Position numbers and translations under genes: made by a program
Source of the DNA: Alphaproteobacteria bacterium
Lineage (GTDB): Bacteria; Pseudomonadota; Alphaproteobacteria; UBA2966; CAIVPW01
Direction of reading: 5' to 3'
DNA: 34,422 nucleotides
Assembly (NCBI GenBank): GCA_047517625.1
Contig: JAKZSO010000074.1
Location: 1 to 34,422 of the forward strand
In this document: positions 1 to 7,350 of the stretch, one piece after another
Layout: each line of letters begins with the position of its first letter
How positions within the stretch are numbered: the stretch's first letter is position 1
The notes under the pieces: model-generated
The model's database searches: none
The model's input: the letters and a program-made list of their open reading frames with translations, nothing else
Told to the model about the DNA's origin: nothing

Positions 1-1
1 C

Positions 2-301
2 GCCCGAGCCGTTGCGTTGGCACCCGATGACACGCTTGTACTGATTCAACAAGCCAGTCTGATGATGGCGGGATCAGTGGATGGAACGGTTCCGCCCGAA
101 GCCGCAGCCATCTTCCGGCACGCGCTGGAACTGGAACCCGAGAACACCGAAGCGCTCTTTTATAGCGGCGCCGCCTATGCCGAAGCCGACGATCCCGCCT
201 CGGCACGGGAAGAATGGACCAGGCTGCTTGGCCTGTTGGACCCTGCCGGCGGGGCCTACGCCCAGGTCCAGGCCCGTTTGCAGGCCTTACCGGCGGACTG
301 A
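2..301 (+). CDS. ccmI: 3' fragment (5' end lies outside the window) of a TPR-type cytochrome c biogenesis factor, CcmI/CycH-like
   Basis: The open frame runs from the window edge to the stop at 299-301. The translation (...ALELEPENTEALFYSGAAYAEADDPASAREEWTRLL...) reads as TPR-like helical repeats typical of the CcmI C-terminus. Assignment is from composition and motif only. Confidence 0.45.
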   Translation, partial: ARAVALAPDDTLVLIQQASLMMAGSVDGTVPPEAAAIFRHALELEPENTEALFYSGAAYAEADDPASAREEWTRLLGLLDPAGGAYAQVQARLQALPAD

Positions 302-363
302 CGAAAACGCCTTAAGTCTCTGATAACACTAAAATTTTATTGGACGGCCATGACAATCCGCCC

Positions 364-395
364 TTGACTCCGGGGCCTTAGTACCCAACTATATG
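364..395 (+). promoter_or_regulatory. sigma70-like promoter candidate for the small orphan unit
   Basis: TTGACT at 364-369 is followed, after 17-19 nt, by an AT-rich -10-like stretch AACTATATG (387-395). It sits in an AT-rich gap after the ccmI stop. Confidence 0.3.
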
Positions 396-486
396 GGTGC
401 GGAGTCTGGAATTGTGGATTCCGTGCGTGAAAGCGTCGTCAAGACGCTGACAATTCGAAACCACAATCGTTTGTGGGGAGAAAAAT

Positions 487-757
487 ATGGTTGAAATCTC
501 ATCGGGCTCGTTTGCACCGCCGCAGTCGGCGATTGCGCCGGCTACGACAACGGTGGCTCAGCCTGCACAAGATGAAAGCGACGCCGACGAACGCGCCGTC
601 CGTAAGGCCGGAGAGTCTGATACGGGCGGAGGCGGCACGGCCGGCGAAGTTCCAAGCCCGCGAAAAGGCGGAGGAGGAAGCACCTGCCGACGACGGTGGG
701 GGTGTCATGATTGAAAAGGACGCTGATTCCGGAAACCAGGTCGATATTTCGGTTTAG
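487..757 (+). CDS. small hypothetical protein with an ambiguous reading frame (the ATG 487 frame stops at 714; the overlapping +1 frame stops at 757)
   Basis: A strong SD (GGGGAG, 475-480) lies 6 nt before ATG 487. The 5' half looks coding in the 487 frame. The 3' half has higher GC3 and a more protein-like sequence in the +1 frame (...AEAARPAKFQAREKAEEEAPADDGGGVMIEKDADSGNQVDISV). An intrinsic terminator follows. Confidence 0.3.
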
Positions 758-772
758 CCTCAGCGATCCACC

Positions 773-806
773 AAAAAATCACCCGCCAGAACGGCGGGTT
801 TTTTTT
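773..806. terminator. bidirectional rho-independent terminator between the small + strand unit and yciB
   Basis: Stem CCCGCC (782-787) / GGCGGG (793-798) with a 5-nt loop. T8 (799-806) follows on the + strand, and A6 (773-778) upstream gives a T-run on the - strand. Confidence 0.7.
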
Positions 807-839
807 GGCCTGGCGCAGGGCGCGCAAGACCGGGACCGA

Positions 840-1436
840 TCAACCCGCGTCCTCGTTCACCTTGGCGTCGTCCGGGTCTTCGACCGCGTAGCGCATCAAC
901 ACCGGCACCTGGGCAAAGCTGAATACCAAGGTTAATGGCAAGATTCCGAACACCTTGAAACTGACCCAGGCATCGGTGCTGACCGAGCGCCAAACGATTT
1001 CGTTCAGAATCGCCAGCACGATAAAAAAGACGCCCCACCGCATGGCCAAGATCCGCCAGCCCTGGTCGGTCAACTTGACCGCCGCACCCATGACCACCTT
1101 AACAAAATTTCGGCCCATCCCCAGGCCGACAAAAATGGCGATGGCGAACAGGCTGTTGACGATTGTCGGCTTTAATTTGATGAACAACTCGTCCTGCAGC
1201 AACAACGTCAGCCCACCGAACACGAACACCACCCCGGCCGTGACCAGGGGCATCACTGGTAGCCGCCGTTCCAAAATCAGCGACGCTGTCAGGGACACAA
1301 GAATCGCCACCATGAAGGCGCCGGTAGCAACAAAAATGTCCGCCCGGGTATTTGCGATGAAGAAAACCGCCAGCGGTCCAATTTCGATCGCCAATCGGAT
1401 CAGCGGATTGATTTCTTTTTTTGTCTCGTCCGCCAT
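840..1436 (-). CDS. yciB: intracellular septation protein A (YciB/IspZ family inner-membrane protein)
   Basis: The translation MADETKKEINPLIRLAIEIGPLAVFFIAN... with five hydrophobic segments matches the YciB family. ATG at 1436 is preceded by AGGG. The ORF track begins at an upstream TTG (1451). Confidence 0.8.
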   Translation of the reverse strand: MADETKKEINPLIRLAIEIGPLAVFFIANTRADIFVATGAFMVAILVSLTASLILERRLPVMPLVTAGVVFVFGGLTLLLQDELFIKLKPTIVNSLFAIAIFVGLGMGRNFVKVVMGAAVKLTDQGWRILAMRWGVFFIVLAILNEIVWRSVSTDAWVSFKVFGILPLTLVFSFAQVPVLMRYAVEDPDDAKVNEDAG

Positions 1437-1539
1437 TCGCACCCTATTCAACTAATCCCGCCCGCCCGCCGCGAGCCACGTCCAAGTATACGCGAATTCA
1501 CGGCTAGCTTCTGTCCCCAGGTCACGCCAAGCTGCAACC

Positions 1540-2286
1540 ATGCCAGCGCCGCAAATTGTGATGTTTACAGACTTTGGTTTGGAAGGCCCCTATGTCGGCC
1601 AAGTAAAAGCCGTGTTGGCCACCCAGGCGCCGCAATCCATCGTCATCGACCTGTTTGCCGATGCACCGGCCCATGACCCGGAAGCCGCGGCATACCTGCT
1701 GGCCGCGTATACGGCTGGATTTCCTGCGGGCACCATTTTCCTTTGCGTTGTCGATCCCGGTGTCGGCGGCGGAACCCGCCAACCGGTTGTGGTCAACGCC
1801 GATGGCCATTGGTTCGTGGGCCCGGACAACGGCCTGTTCAATGTGATTGACGCCCGGGCCGGCGAGGCAAAATGGTTGGAGATAACGTGGCGCCCGGAAC
1901 AACCTTTCCAGCAGCTTTCATGGCCGTGATTTGTTCGCCCCGGTGGCGGCGATGCTAGCGGTGGGGGATCAAATTCCCGGGGACGACCGCGATCGCAGAG
2001 CCGCACAGGCTTGGCCCGACGATTTGGCCAAGGTCATCTACATCGACCATTTCGGCAACGCCATCACCGGCCTCCGCGCGTCCGGCTTGGGGGTCAATGA
2101 TCGACTTGTGGCCGGAAGCCATGCGTTGAAACGCGCACTACTTTTTCCGAAGTGCCCGAAAACGCTGGCATGTGGTTTGAGAACGCGAACGGACTGGCGG
2201 AAATCGCCGTGAACTGTGGCCGCGCCGATCAGGAATTCGATCTAGTGGTGGGGACGGATATCACTGTCCAAAAGAACGGCGGCTAG
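1540..2286 (+). pseudogene. SAM hydroxide adenosyltransferase family gene (DUF62, SAM hydrolase/halogenase-like) interrupted by two compensating frameshifts
   Basis: Family motifs are spread over three ORF pieces. Frame 1 (1540-~1905) gives MFTDFGLEGPYVGQVKAVL...VVDPGVGG. Frame 2 (~1906-~2141) gives SSFHGRDLFAPVAAML...YIDHFGNAITG. Frame 1 again (to the stop at 2284-2286) gives TFSEVPENAGMWFENANGLAEIAVNCG. Total length is 747 nt, so the two shifts cancel. Confidence 0.8.
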
Positions 2287-2294
2287 GCTGACCG

Positions 2295-2669
2295 CTATCC
2301 GACAAGCTGCCAGGTACCGTCCGCCCCTCTGCATGCTGTATTGGCGGTAATCCCCACAACACCACCCACAAAGAGGCGTTCTTCATAGTCGCGGCAAAAG
2401 ACTCCCTGGTCGGTCACAAACACTCCGCCTTGGGTGATCGTGCCGGAATTACCGGTCGCAGGATTTTCCCAGGACGTGACTTCGCCGGGGAGGTCATTGG
2501 TGAGCGATTCCTGCATCGCTGCCACTGCAAGTTCGACATCCTGGTCGGACATCTGTGCATACAGAACGGCGGCACCATCGCCGGTGAGAGCCCCAGCAAA
2601 AGGGTCGGCCGCGCACGCCGACAGCACCAGGGCCGCCGACGCCGCCAAAACCAGCCCGATCTTCCCCAT
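2295..2669 (-). CDS. outer-membrane surface-antigen-type lipoprotein (COG4520 / RT0821-Lpp0805-like)
   Basis: Signal peptide with lipobox LVLSAC. The C-terminus has SWENPATGNSG...GVFCRDYE...ACRGADGTWQL, typical of this small surface-antigen family. A GGAGG SD lies 6 nt upstream. The start is 15 nt after the stop of the upstream repeat gene. Confidence 0.6.
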   Translation of the reverse strand: MGKIGLVLAASAALVLSACAADPFAGALTGDGAAVLYAQMSDQDVELAVAAMQESLTNDLPGEVTSWENPATGNSGTITQGGVFVTDQGVFCRDYEERLFVGGVVGITANTACRGADGTWQLVG

Positions 2670-2684
2670 GACGCGCCTCCGTTT

Positions 2685-3923
2685 TTAGCCGCCAGCAGCA
2701 GGAACGGCGGCTCCGTCACCAGCCACGGCGCCATCACCGGCCGCAGCGCCATCACCTTCGACCGCTGCACCATCACCAGCCGCGGCGCCGTCGCCTTCGA
2801 CCACGGCACCATCACCTTCGACCACAGCACCATCACCGGCCACTGCGCCATCACCATCGACTGCAGCACCATCACCGGCCACGGCTCCGTCGCCCTCGAC
2901 CACAGCACCGTCACCAGCCACGGCTCCGTCGCCTTCGACCACAGCACCGTCACCAGCCACGGCTCCGTCGCCTTCGACCACGGCTCCGTCACCTGCGTCG
3001 ATCACGCCGTCGTCGAGCGGTGCCTCAACTGCCCCGGCCAAAGCGGCCTCAAGATCCGCGATCGTGATGACTCCGTCGCCGTCAACGTCCAGATTTACGG
3101 TGGTCCAGTCTCCCGCTCCATCGTCTTCGACAAGACCCCCATCAACCACGACACCATCAACCACGACACCATCGACAACGACACCATCCACAACGACACC
3201 ATCAATGACGCCGCCGACGACTGGAATTGCCGCCTCAACCTCTAAATTCCCGGGAAAATTGGCCTGCATGGCCACGACGGATGCGGAATACCCCAGCGCT
3301 TTCGCGAGCTTCACAAACGTGCTGACTCGCTGCCCGTGATTCTTGAATCCGTCATCGACGACGGTTTCCTCGCCCCATCCGCCGGCAATCAGGGCCCCGG
3401 TTTCTCCATCGCTCAACGTGAGGTCCACGACGCCAAGATCGCCTTCCGCAAAAGCCTCACCCGGCTCTCCTCCTGCGCCGCCCAATCGCTCCAGGACTTT
3501 CTTGTAGCGGCCTTTCGCTTCGGCCAGCTGTCCACCGCCCTCGCCGCCGGCAGGCTTGCCAACGGCCTGACCCTTCTCACGCTCCTTGTCCTTGCCTTTA
3601 CCCTTGCCGTCGCCATCATCGCCGCCGCCGCCAGCAACGTCTCGATTGCCGCCGCCGCGCCCCGGGTTTCCTTCTGGTTTTTCAGCCTTTTCGGGCTTTT
3701 CGGCTTTTTCCTCCTTTTCGGGCTTTTCGGCCTTTTCCTCCTTTTCCTCCTTTTCCTCATTTTCGGGCTTTTCGGTCTTTTCCTCTGGCGGCCCGCCTTG
3801 GGCCAGCGCATCGTTCAAGATCAAACGCACGCCCGCACCATCAAAGACCGGGGAAACTGGTGTGAACGCCAACGCGAGCCCAAATGCTCCAGAAACCGCC
3901 AAGGGCGGGAGTATTCGAATCAT
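2685..3923 (-). CDS. secreted, highly acidic multi-repeat protein with an EF-hand/dockerin-like Ca-binding loop; function unknown
   Basis: ATG at 3923 (MIRILPPLAVSGAFGLALA, signal-peptide-like) is preceded by GGGGAAG; the ORF track starts at 3968. High GC3 on the minus strand. It contains EK/P repeats, a Gly-rich tract, a non-repetitive core (..FKNHGQRVSTFVKLAKALGY..), 5x DGVVV, NLDVDGDGVITIADLEAAL and about 8x GDGAVVEGDGAVA. Confidence 0.7.
   Translation of the reverse strand: MIRILPPLAVSGAFGLALAFTPVSPVFDGAGVRLILNDALAQGGPPEEKTEKPENEEKEEKEEKAEKPEKEEKAEKPEKAEKPEGNPGRGGGNRDVAGGGGDDGDGKGKGKDKEREKGQAVGKPAGGEGGGQLAEAKGRYKKVLERLGGAGGEPGEAFAEGDLGVVDLTLSDGETGALIAGGWGEETVVDDGFKNHGQRVSTFVKLAKALGYSASVVAMQANFPGNLEVEAAIPVVGGVIDGVVVDGVVVDGVVVDGVVVDGGLVEDDGAGDWTTVNLDVDGDGVITIADLEAALAGAVEAPLDDGVIDAGDGAVVEGDGAVAGDGAVVEGDGAVAGDGAVVEGDGAVAGDGAAVDGDGAVAGDGAVVEGDGAVVEGDGAAAGDGAAVEGDGAAAGDGAVAGDGAAVPAAGG
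2700..3000 (-). repeat. in-frame 39-nt tandem repeat array (about 7-8 units, GDGAVVE-GDGAVA)
   Basis: Units 2901-2939 and 2940-2978 are identical (cacagcaccgtcaccagccacggctccgtcgccttcgac). The flanking units are progressively diverged. Confidence 0.85.
3136..3210 (-). repeat. in-frame 15-nt tandem repeat, 5 units (DGVVV)
   Basis: The unit acaccatcaaccacg and close variants repeat head to tail from 3136 to 3210. Confidence 0.85.
3678..3786 (-). repeat. in-frame short-period (9/18-nt) repeat encoding EKPEKAEK/EEKEEK
   Basis: Reiterated cttttcgggcttttcggc and cttttcctc units on the + strand. Confidence 0.75.
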
Positions 3924-4028
3924 GGTCTTCCCCAAATCCGGCGCACCGGTTAACAAACGGTACACCATAAATTTTTGAAACTTACGTCGAAGTATGCCCA
4001 GGATTGGTGGAATTGTCTGTGATTCGGG

Positions 4029-4961
4029 TCACAACTCCAGACCGGCAAGGGACCGGGCAAAGGCCCGGGCATCGAACGGCTGGAGGTCGTCCAGGCCTTC
4101 GCCAACGCCGACGAAATGCACCGGCAGGTCGAATTCGTCCGCCACAGCCACCAACATTCCGCCGCGCGCAGTTCCGTCCAGTTTGGTCATGACCAGCCCG
4201 GTGAGCGGGCAGATTTTCTGAAATGCCTCGACTTGGCTGCGAACGTTTTGACCGGTGGTGGCATCCAGCACCAGCAGCACCGCGTGAGGGGCATCCGCAT
4301 CCAGCTTGCCCACCACCCTCACGATTTTTTTCAACTCGGACATCAAATCGGCTTTGTTTTGCAAACGCCCTGCTGTGTCCGCCAGCACCACGTCCGCTCC
4401 CACTGCTTGGGCGCGCTCCACAGCCTCGAACACCACGCCGGCTGAATCGGCTCCGGGGCCCTTGGCCACCACCTCTGACCCCGTGCGCTCGCCCCACACT
4501 TTCAGCTGATCGATAGCCGCCGCCCGGAACGTATCCCCAGCAGCCAACACCGCGGACTTACCTTGGCCCCGCAACCGGTGTGCAATCTTGCCAATGGTGG
4601 TGGTCTTGCCCGTTCCGTTGACACCGACCACCAAAATCACGAATGGCTTGGCCGCGGTTACATCCAAGGGCTTTTCGGCGCCGCTCAAAATTCTTGCGAT
4701 GCCGGCGGCCAAGGCTTCGCGCACCTGTTGCGGGGTGACGTCTTTGCCCAGACGCGCCGCCGATAACTCAGCCACCAACCGGGCGGCAACCGCAACTCCC
4801 AAGTCCGACGCGACCAGCAGGCCTTCCAGTTCTTGAAGGGTTTTGGCATCCAGTTTGCCGCCGCCAAACAGGCGCGTGACACCGCCGCCCAAGGCACCGG
4901 CCGATCGGCTCAAGCCCGACGTCAGCCGCCCTAGCCATCCCGGCGATTTTTCTTCGGTCAT
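4029..4961 (-). CDS. ftsY: signal recognition particle receptor FtsY
   Basis: NG-domain motifs are present: VGVNGTGKTTTIGK (G1), DTAGRL and TKLDGTARGG. Length is 310 aa. Confidence 0.95.
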   Translation of the reverse strand: MTEEKSPGWLGRLTSGLSRSAGALGGGVTRLFGGGKLDAKTLQELEGLLVASDLGVAVAARLVAELSAARLGKDVTPQQVREALAAGIARILSGAEKPLDVTAAKPFVILVVGVNGTGKTTTIGKIAHRLRGQGKSAVLAAGDTFRAAAIDQLKVWGERTGSEVVAKGPGADSAGVVFEAVERAQAVGADVVLADTAGRLQNKADLMSELKKIVRVVGKLDADAPHAVLLVLDATTGQNVRSQVEAFQKICPLTGLVMTKLDGTARGGMLVAVADEFDLPVHFVGVGEGLDDLQPFDARAFARSLAGLEL

Positions 4962-4986
4962 GGCTTTGGCGTCATTTGGTCCGGAA

Positions 4987-6252
4987 TTATTGGCTGGCTT
5001 GAGCCAAAAGCCTGGCGCCTTCGACCCCCGTTACCGTGGCTCGGACGATGTCGCCCACCCCCACTTCCCCGGCCAACAGGACGGATGAGAAATCTTCGGC
5101 ATGGCCGGTGCCCCCGGACGCCGTCGCACGCTCCACCAAGATCAGGGCCTCGGTGCCGGCCCGGGCCAGCAAATGCGCGGCAAGCGCCGCATCGCCCCTG
5201 GCCCGCAACTGCGCTGCCCGATCTTTGCGCACAGGGTCCGGCACTTGGGGCATACGCCCAGCCGGAGTGCCGCGGCGCGGCGAATAGGGAAACACATGCA
5301 GGAAGGTCAGAGCGCAGTCTTCCACCAGAGCCAACGTGTTCTGGAACTGATCGTCGGTTTCGGTGGGAAAGCCCACGATCAGATCCGCCCCGAATGTCAC
5401 GTCCGGGCGGACGGCGCGCAAATCAGTGCAAAACTGGATCGCCTGATCCCTGGTATGGCGCCGCTTCATGCGCTTGAGCACCATGTCGTCGCCAGCCTGC
5501 AAACTCAGATGCAGGTGCGGCATGATCCGCGGCTCAGTTGCAATCAAGCCCAACAGCACGGGGTCCACTTCACTGACATCCAACGACGACAATCTCAAAC
5601 GCTCGATTTCGGGTACTGCCGCCAACAACGTGGCCACCATTTCCCCCAGCGTGGTCTCCTGGGAAAGGTCTGCACCGTAAGCGGTGATATCGACTCCGGT
5701 CAAAACAAATTCGCGAAAGCCGTTGGCGGCCAGTTTGCGTGCTTGGGCGATGATCGCAGCACCCAGAATACTGCGGCTGGGGCCCCGGGCCGAGGGAATA
5801 ATGCAGAACGTGCAGCTGTGATCGCAGCCGTTTTGAACCTGCAGGATTGCTCTGGCCCTGCCTTCCAGGCCTTCGATCAATGGTCCCGCGGCTGCGGTCG
5901 CGTGTGCAATGTCGGCGACCTGGCGGGCTTTTGTTTCAAGCCACGCCTTCGCCTCCAGCTTTTCGGCATTGCCAAGGATCTGATCGACCTCGGGCATCGC
6001 GGCATAGGTATCGGGGTCAGTTTGAACCGAACAACCCGTGACAATGATGCGAGCGGCTGGGCGCTGGCGGCGGGCCCGGCGTATCGCTTGGCGGGCTTGG
6101 CGCTCAGCCTCCGCGGTCACCGCACATGTGTTGATGATAATGGCGTCGCCTAGGCCAGCGGCTTCGGCGTTTTGGCGGATGATTTGTGACTCGAACGTAT
6201 TCAGGCGGCAGCCAAAAGTGACGACCTCTGTGCCGCGTTCCGCGGCGGTCAT
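4987..6252 (-). CDS. mtaB: radical-SAM methylthiotransferase, MtaB-type (ms2t6A37 tRNA modification)
   Basis: It has the N-terminal UPF0004 region (FGCRLNTFES), the radical SAM motif CDHSCTFC and a C-terminal TRAM-like region. The conserved dapF-mtaB-ftsY order is present. Its start overlaps the dapF stop (ATGA at 6249-6252). Confidence 0.85.
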   Translation of the reverse strand: MTAAERGTEVVTFGCRLNTFESQIIRQNAEAAGLGDAIIINTCAVTAEAERQARQAIRRARRQRPAARIIVTGCSVQTDPDTYAAMPEVDQILGNAEKLEAKAWLETKARQVADIAHATAAAGPLIEGLEGRARAILQVQNGCDHSCTFCIIPSARGPSRSILGAAIIAQARKLAANGFREFVLTGVDITAYGADLSQETTLGEMVATLLAAVPEIERLRLSSLDVSEVDPVLLGLIATEPRIMPHLHLSLQAGDDMVLKRMKRRHTRDQAIQFCTDLRAVRPDVTFGADLIVGFPTETDDQFQNTLALVEDCALTFLHVFPYSPRRGTPAGRMPQVPDPVRKDRAAQLRARGDAALAAHLLARAGTEALILVERATASGGTGHAEDFSSVLLAGEVGVGDIVRATVTGVEGARLLAQASQ

Positions 6253-7136
6253 TGTTCGGGTTTAGGCTGCATTGCATGGACCACCAAATCCGCGATGTTG
6301 AATTCGCCTTCGAAACTGGTGGCCGCCGGGCCGGTGAGCATGACATGGCCGTTATCTTCCCGCCAATGAACCCCTAGGGGGCCACCATCCATTTCCACCA
6401 CCGCCGAACGGCCCATATGCTCACGCCGTACCGCCGCCACCAAAGCCGCGCACGCCGCCGTGCCGCAGGCCGAAGTCACGCCGGCCCCGCGTTCCCACAC
6501 CCGCAGGCGGATCGTGTCCTCGCCATTGATCAACGCCATGCCGACATTGATGCCTTGCGGGAACAAATCCGAGTTTTCGACTAACGGGCCGATGGCCTCT
6601 AGATCAACCGCATTCGGATTTTTCACCAGGAACACCAAATGGGGATTGCCCACGTTCACGGCGATCGGGTCCCAGATCAACGGATCTTCTTCGCTGTTTT
6701 CCTGGGCGATTTCGATGTCCACGTGCAGGGTGTCTTTTGCTTCCGCCATTGGGATTTCTTCCCAGTTCGTCTTCACCGGCCCCATGTCCACGGTCACCAA
6801 GCCCTCGCCCGCGTCAAAGCCCGACAACACCCCGGCGTTGGTTTCCAAACTTACCCTGTCCGTGTCCTTTTCCTTCATCAGCAGCCGGGCCACGCACCGG
6901 GCGCCATTGCCGCAGGCGTCGACCTCTGTGCCATCGGCGTTAAAGATGTGCATGAAGGCGTCTGCATTCTCCGACGGCCCCATCACCAGCAGTTGGTCGC
7001 AGCCGATGCCGGTGCGGCGGTCGGCGATAATCTCGACCTCGACTGGCTCAAGTGGCACAGGGCGTTGGCGGCCATCCAGCACCACAAAGTCGTTGCCGAG
7101 ACCGTGCATTTTTATGAAAGGGCGGCCATTTTTCAT
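6249..7136 (-). CDS. dapF: diaminopimelate epimerase
   Basis: MKNGRPFIKMHGLGNDFVVLD... with both active-site Cys motifs (GNGARC, SACGTAA). The ORF in the track is extended upstream to 7577; ATG 7136 gives the normal length (295 aa). Confidence 0.9.
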   Translation of the reverse strand: MKNGRPFIKMHGLGNDFVVLDGRQRPVPLEPVEVEIIADRRTGIGCDQLLVMGPSENADAFMHIFNADGTEVDACGNGARCVARLLMKEKDTDRVSLETNAGVLSGFDAGEGLVTVDMGPVKTNWEEIPMAEAKDTLHVDIEIAQENSEEDPLIWDPIAVNVGNPHLVFLVKNPNAVDLEAIGPLVENSDLFPQGINVGMALINGEDTIRLRVWERGAGVTSACGTAACAALVAAVRREHMGRSAVVEMDGGPLGVHWREDNGHVMLTGPAATSFEGEFNIADLVVHAMQPKPEQ

Positions 7137-7350
7137 GGAGCCGGTTATGGCCCAAGGCCGCCGCACTGTCCAGCATCCGCCAGCCCCTGGGCTGACTTGA
7201 CCCAGGGCCGGGCCACCATTACATATCGTGGCACTTAGGTGACGTTTGACGCGCCCGCGCCACAGATACGGCGCCCGCCAGTCCGCGAGGTTTCGCGCAC
7301 TGGTGTCTGCTGCGCTGAGCGTTGGCCGTAATTGGTGTCTGAAGAAACGT

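Noticed and set aside
2700-3000. Regular tandem repeats (also at 9172-9336) that could superficially suggest a CRISPR array.
   Set aside because: The units are contiguous with no unique spacers. Their periods (39, 33, 15 nt) are multiples of three, they lie inside ORFs, and no cas genes are present.
2430-3245. A + strand 271-aa ORF with HGSVAFDHSTVTS repeats opposite the acidic repeat gene.
   Set aside because: The minus-strand frame has the signal peptide, SD, high GC3, an EF-hand-like loop and tight spacing to the downstream lipoprotein. The + strand ORF also overlaps the lipoprotein gene and lacks a start context.
3982-4497. A 171-aa Arg/Gly-rich minus-strand ORF overlapping ftsY in another frame.
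   Set aside because: It is an alternative-frame artefact inside ftsY. The FtsY frame carries all the GTPase motifs.
5101-6153. Long ORFs antisense to housekeeping genes: 5101-6153 opposite mtaB, 13640-14554 opposite leuB, 16843-17730 opposite sdhA and 24760-25476 opposite the helicase.
   Set aside because: High-GC genomes generate long stop-free antisense frames. Their translations are Arg/Pro/Gly/Ala-rich with no motifs, while the opposite strand carries unambiguous family signatures.
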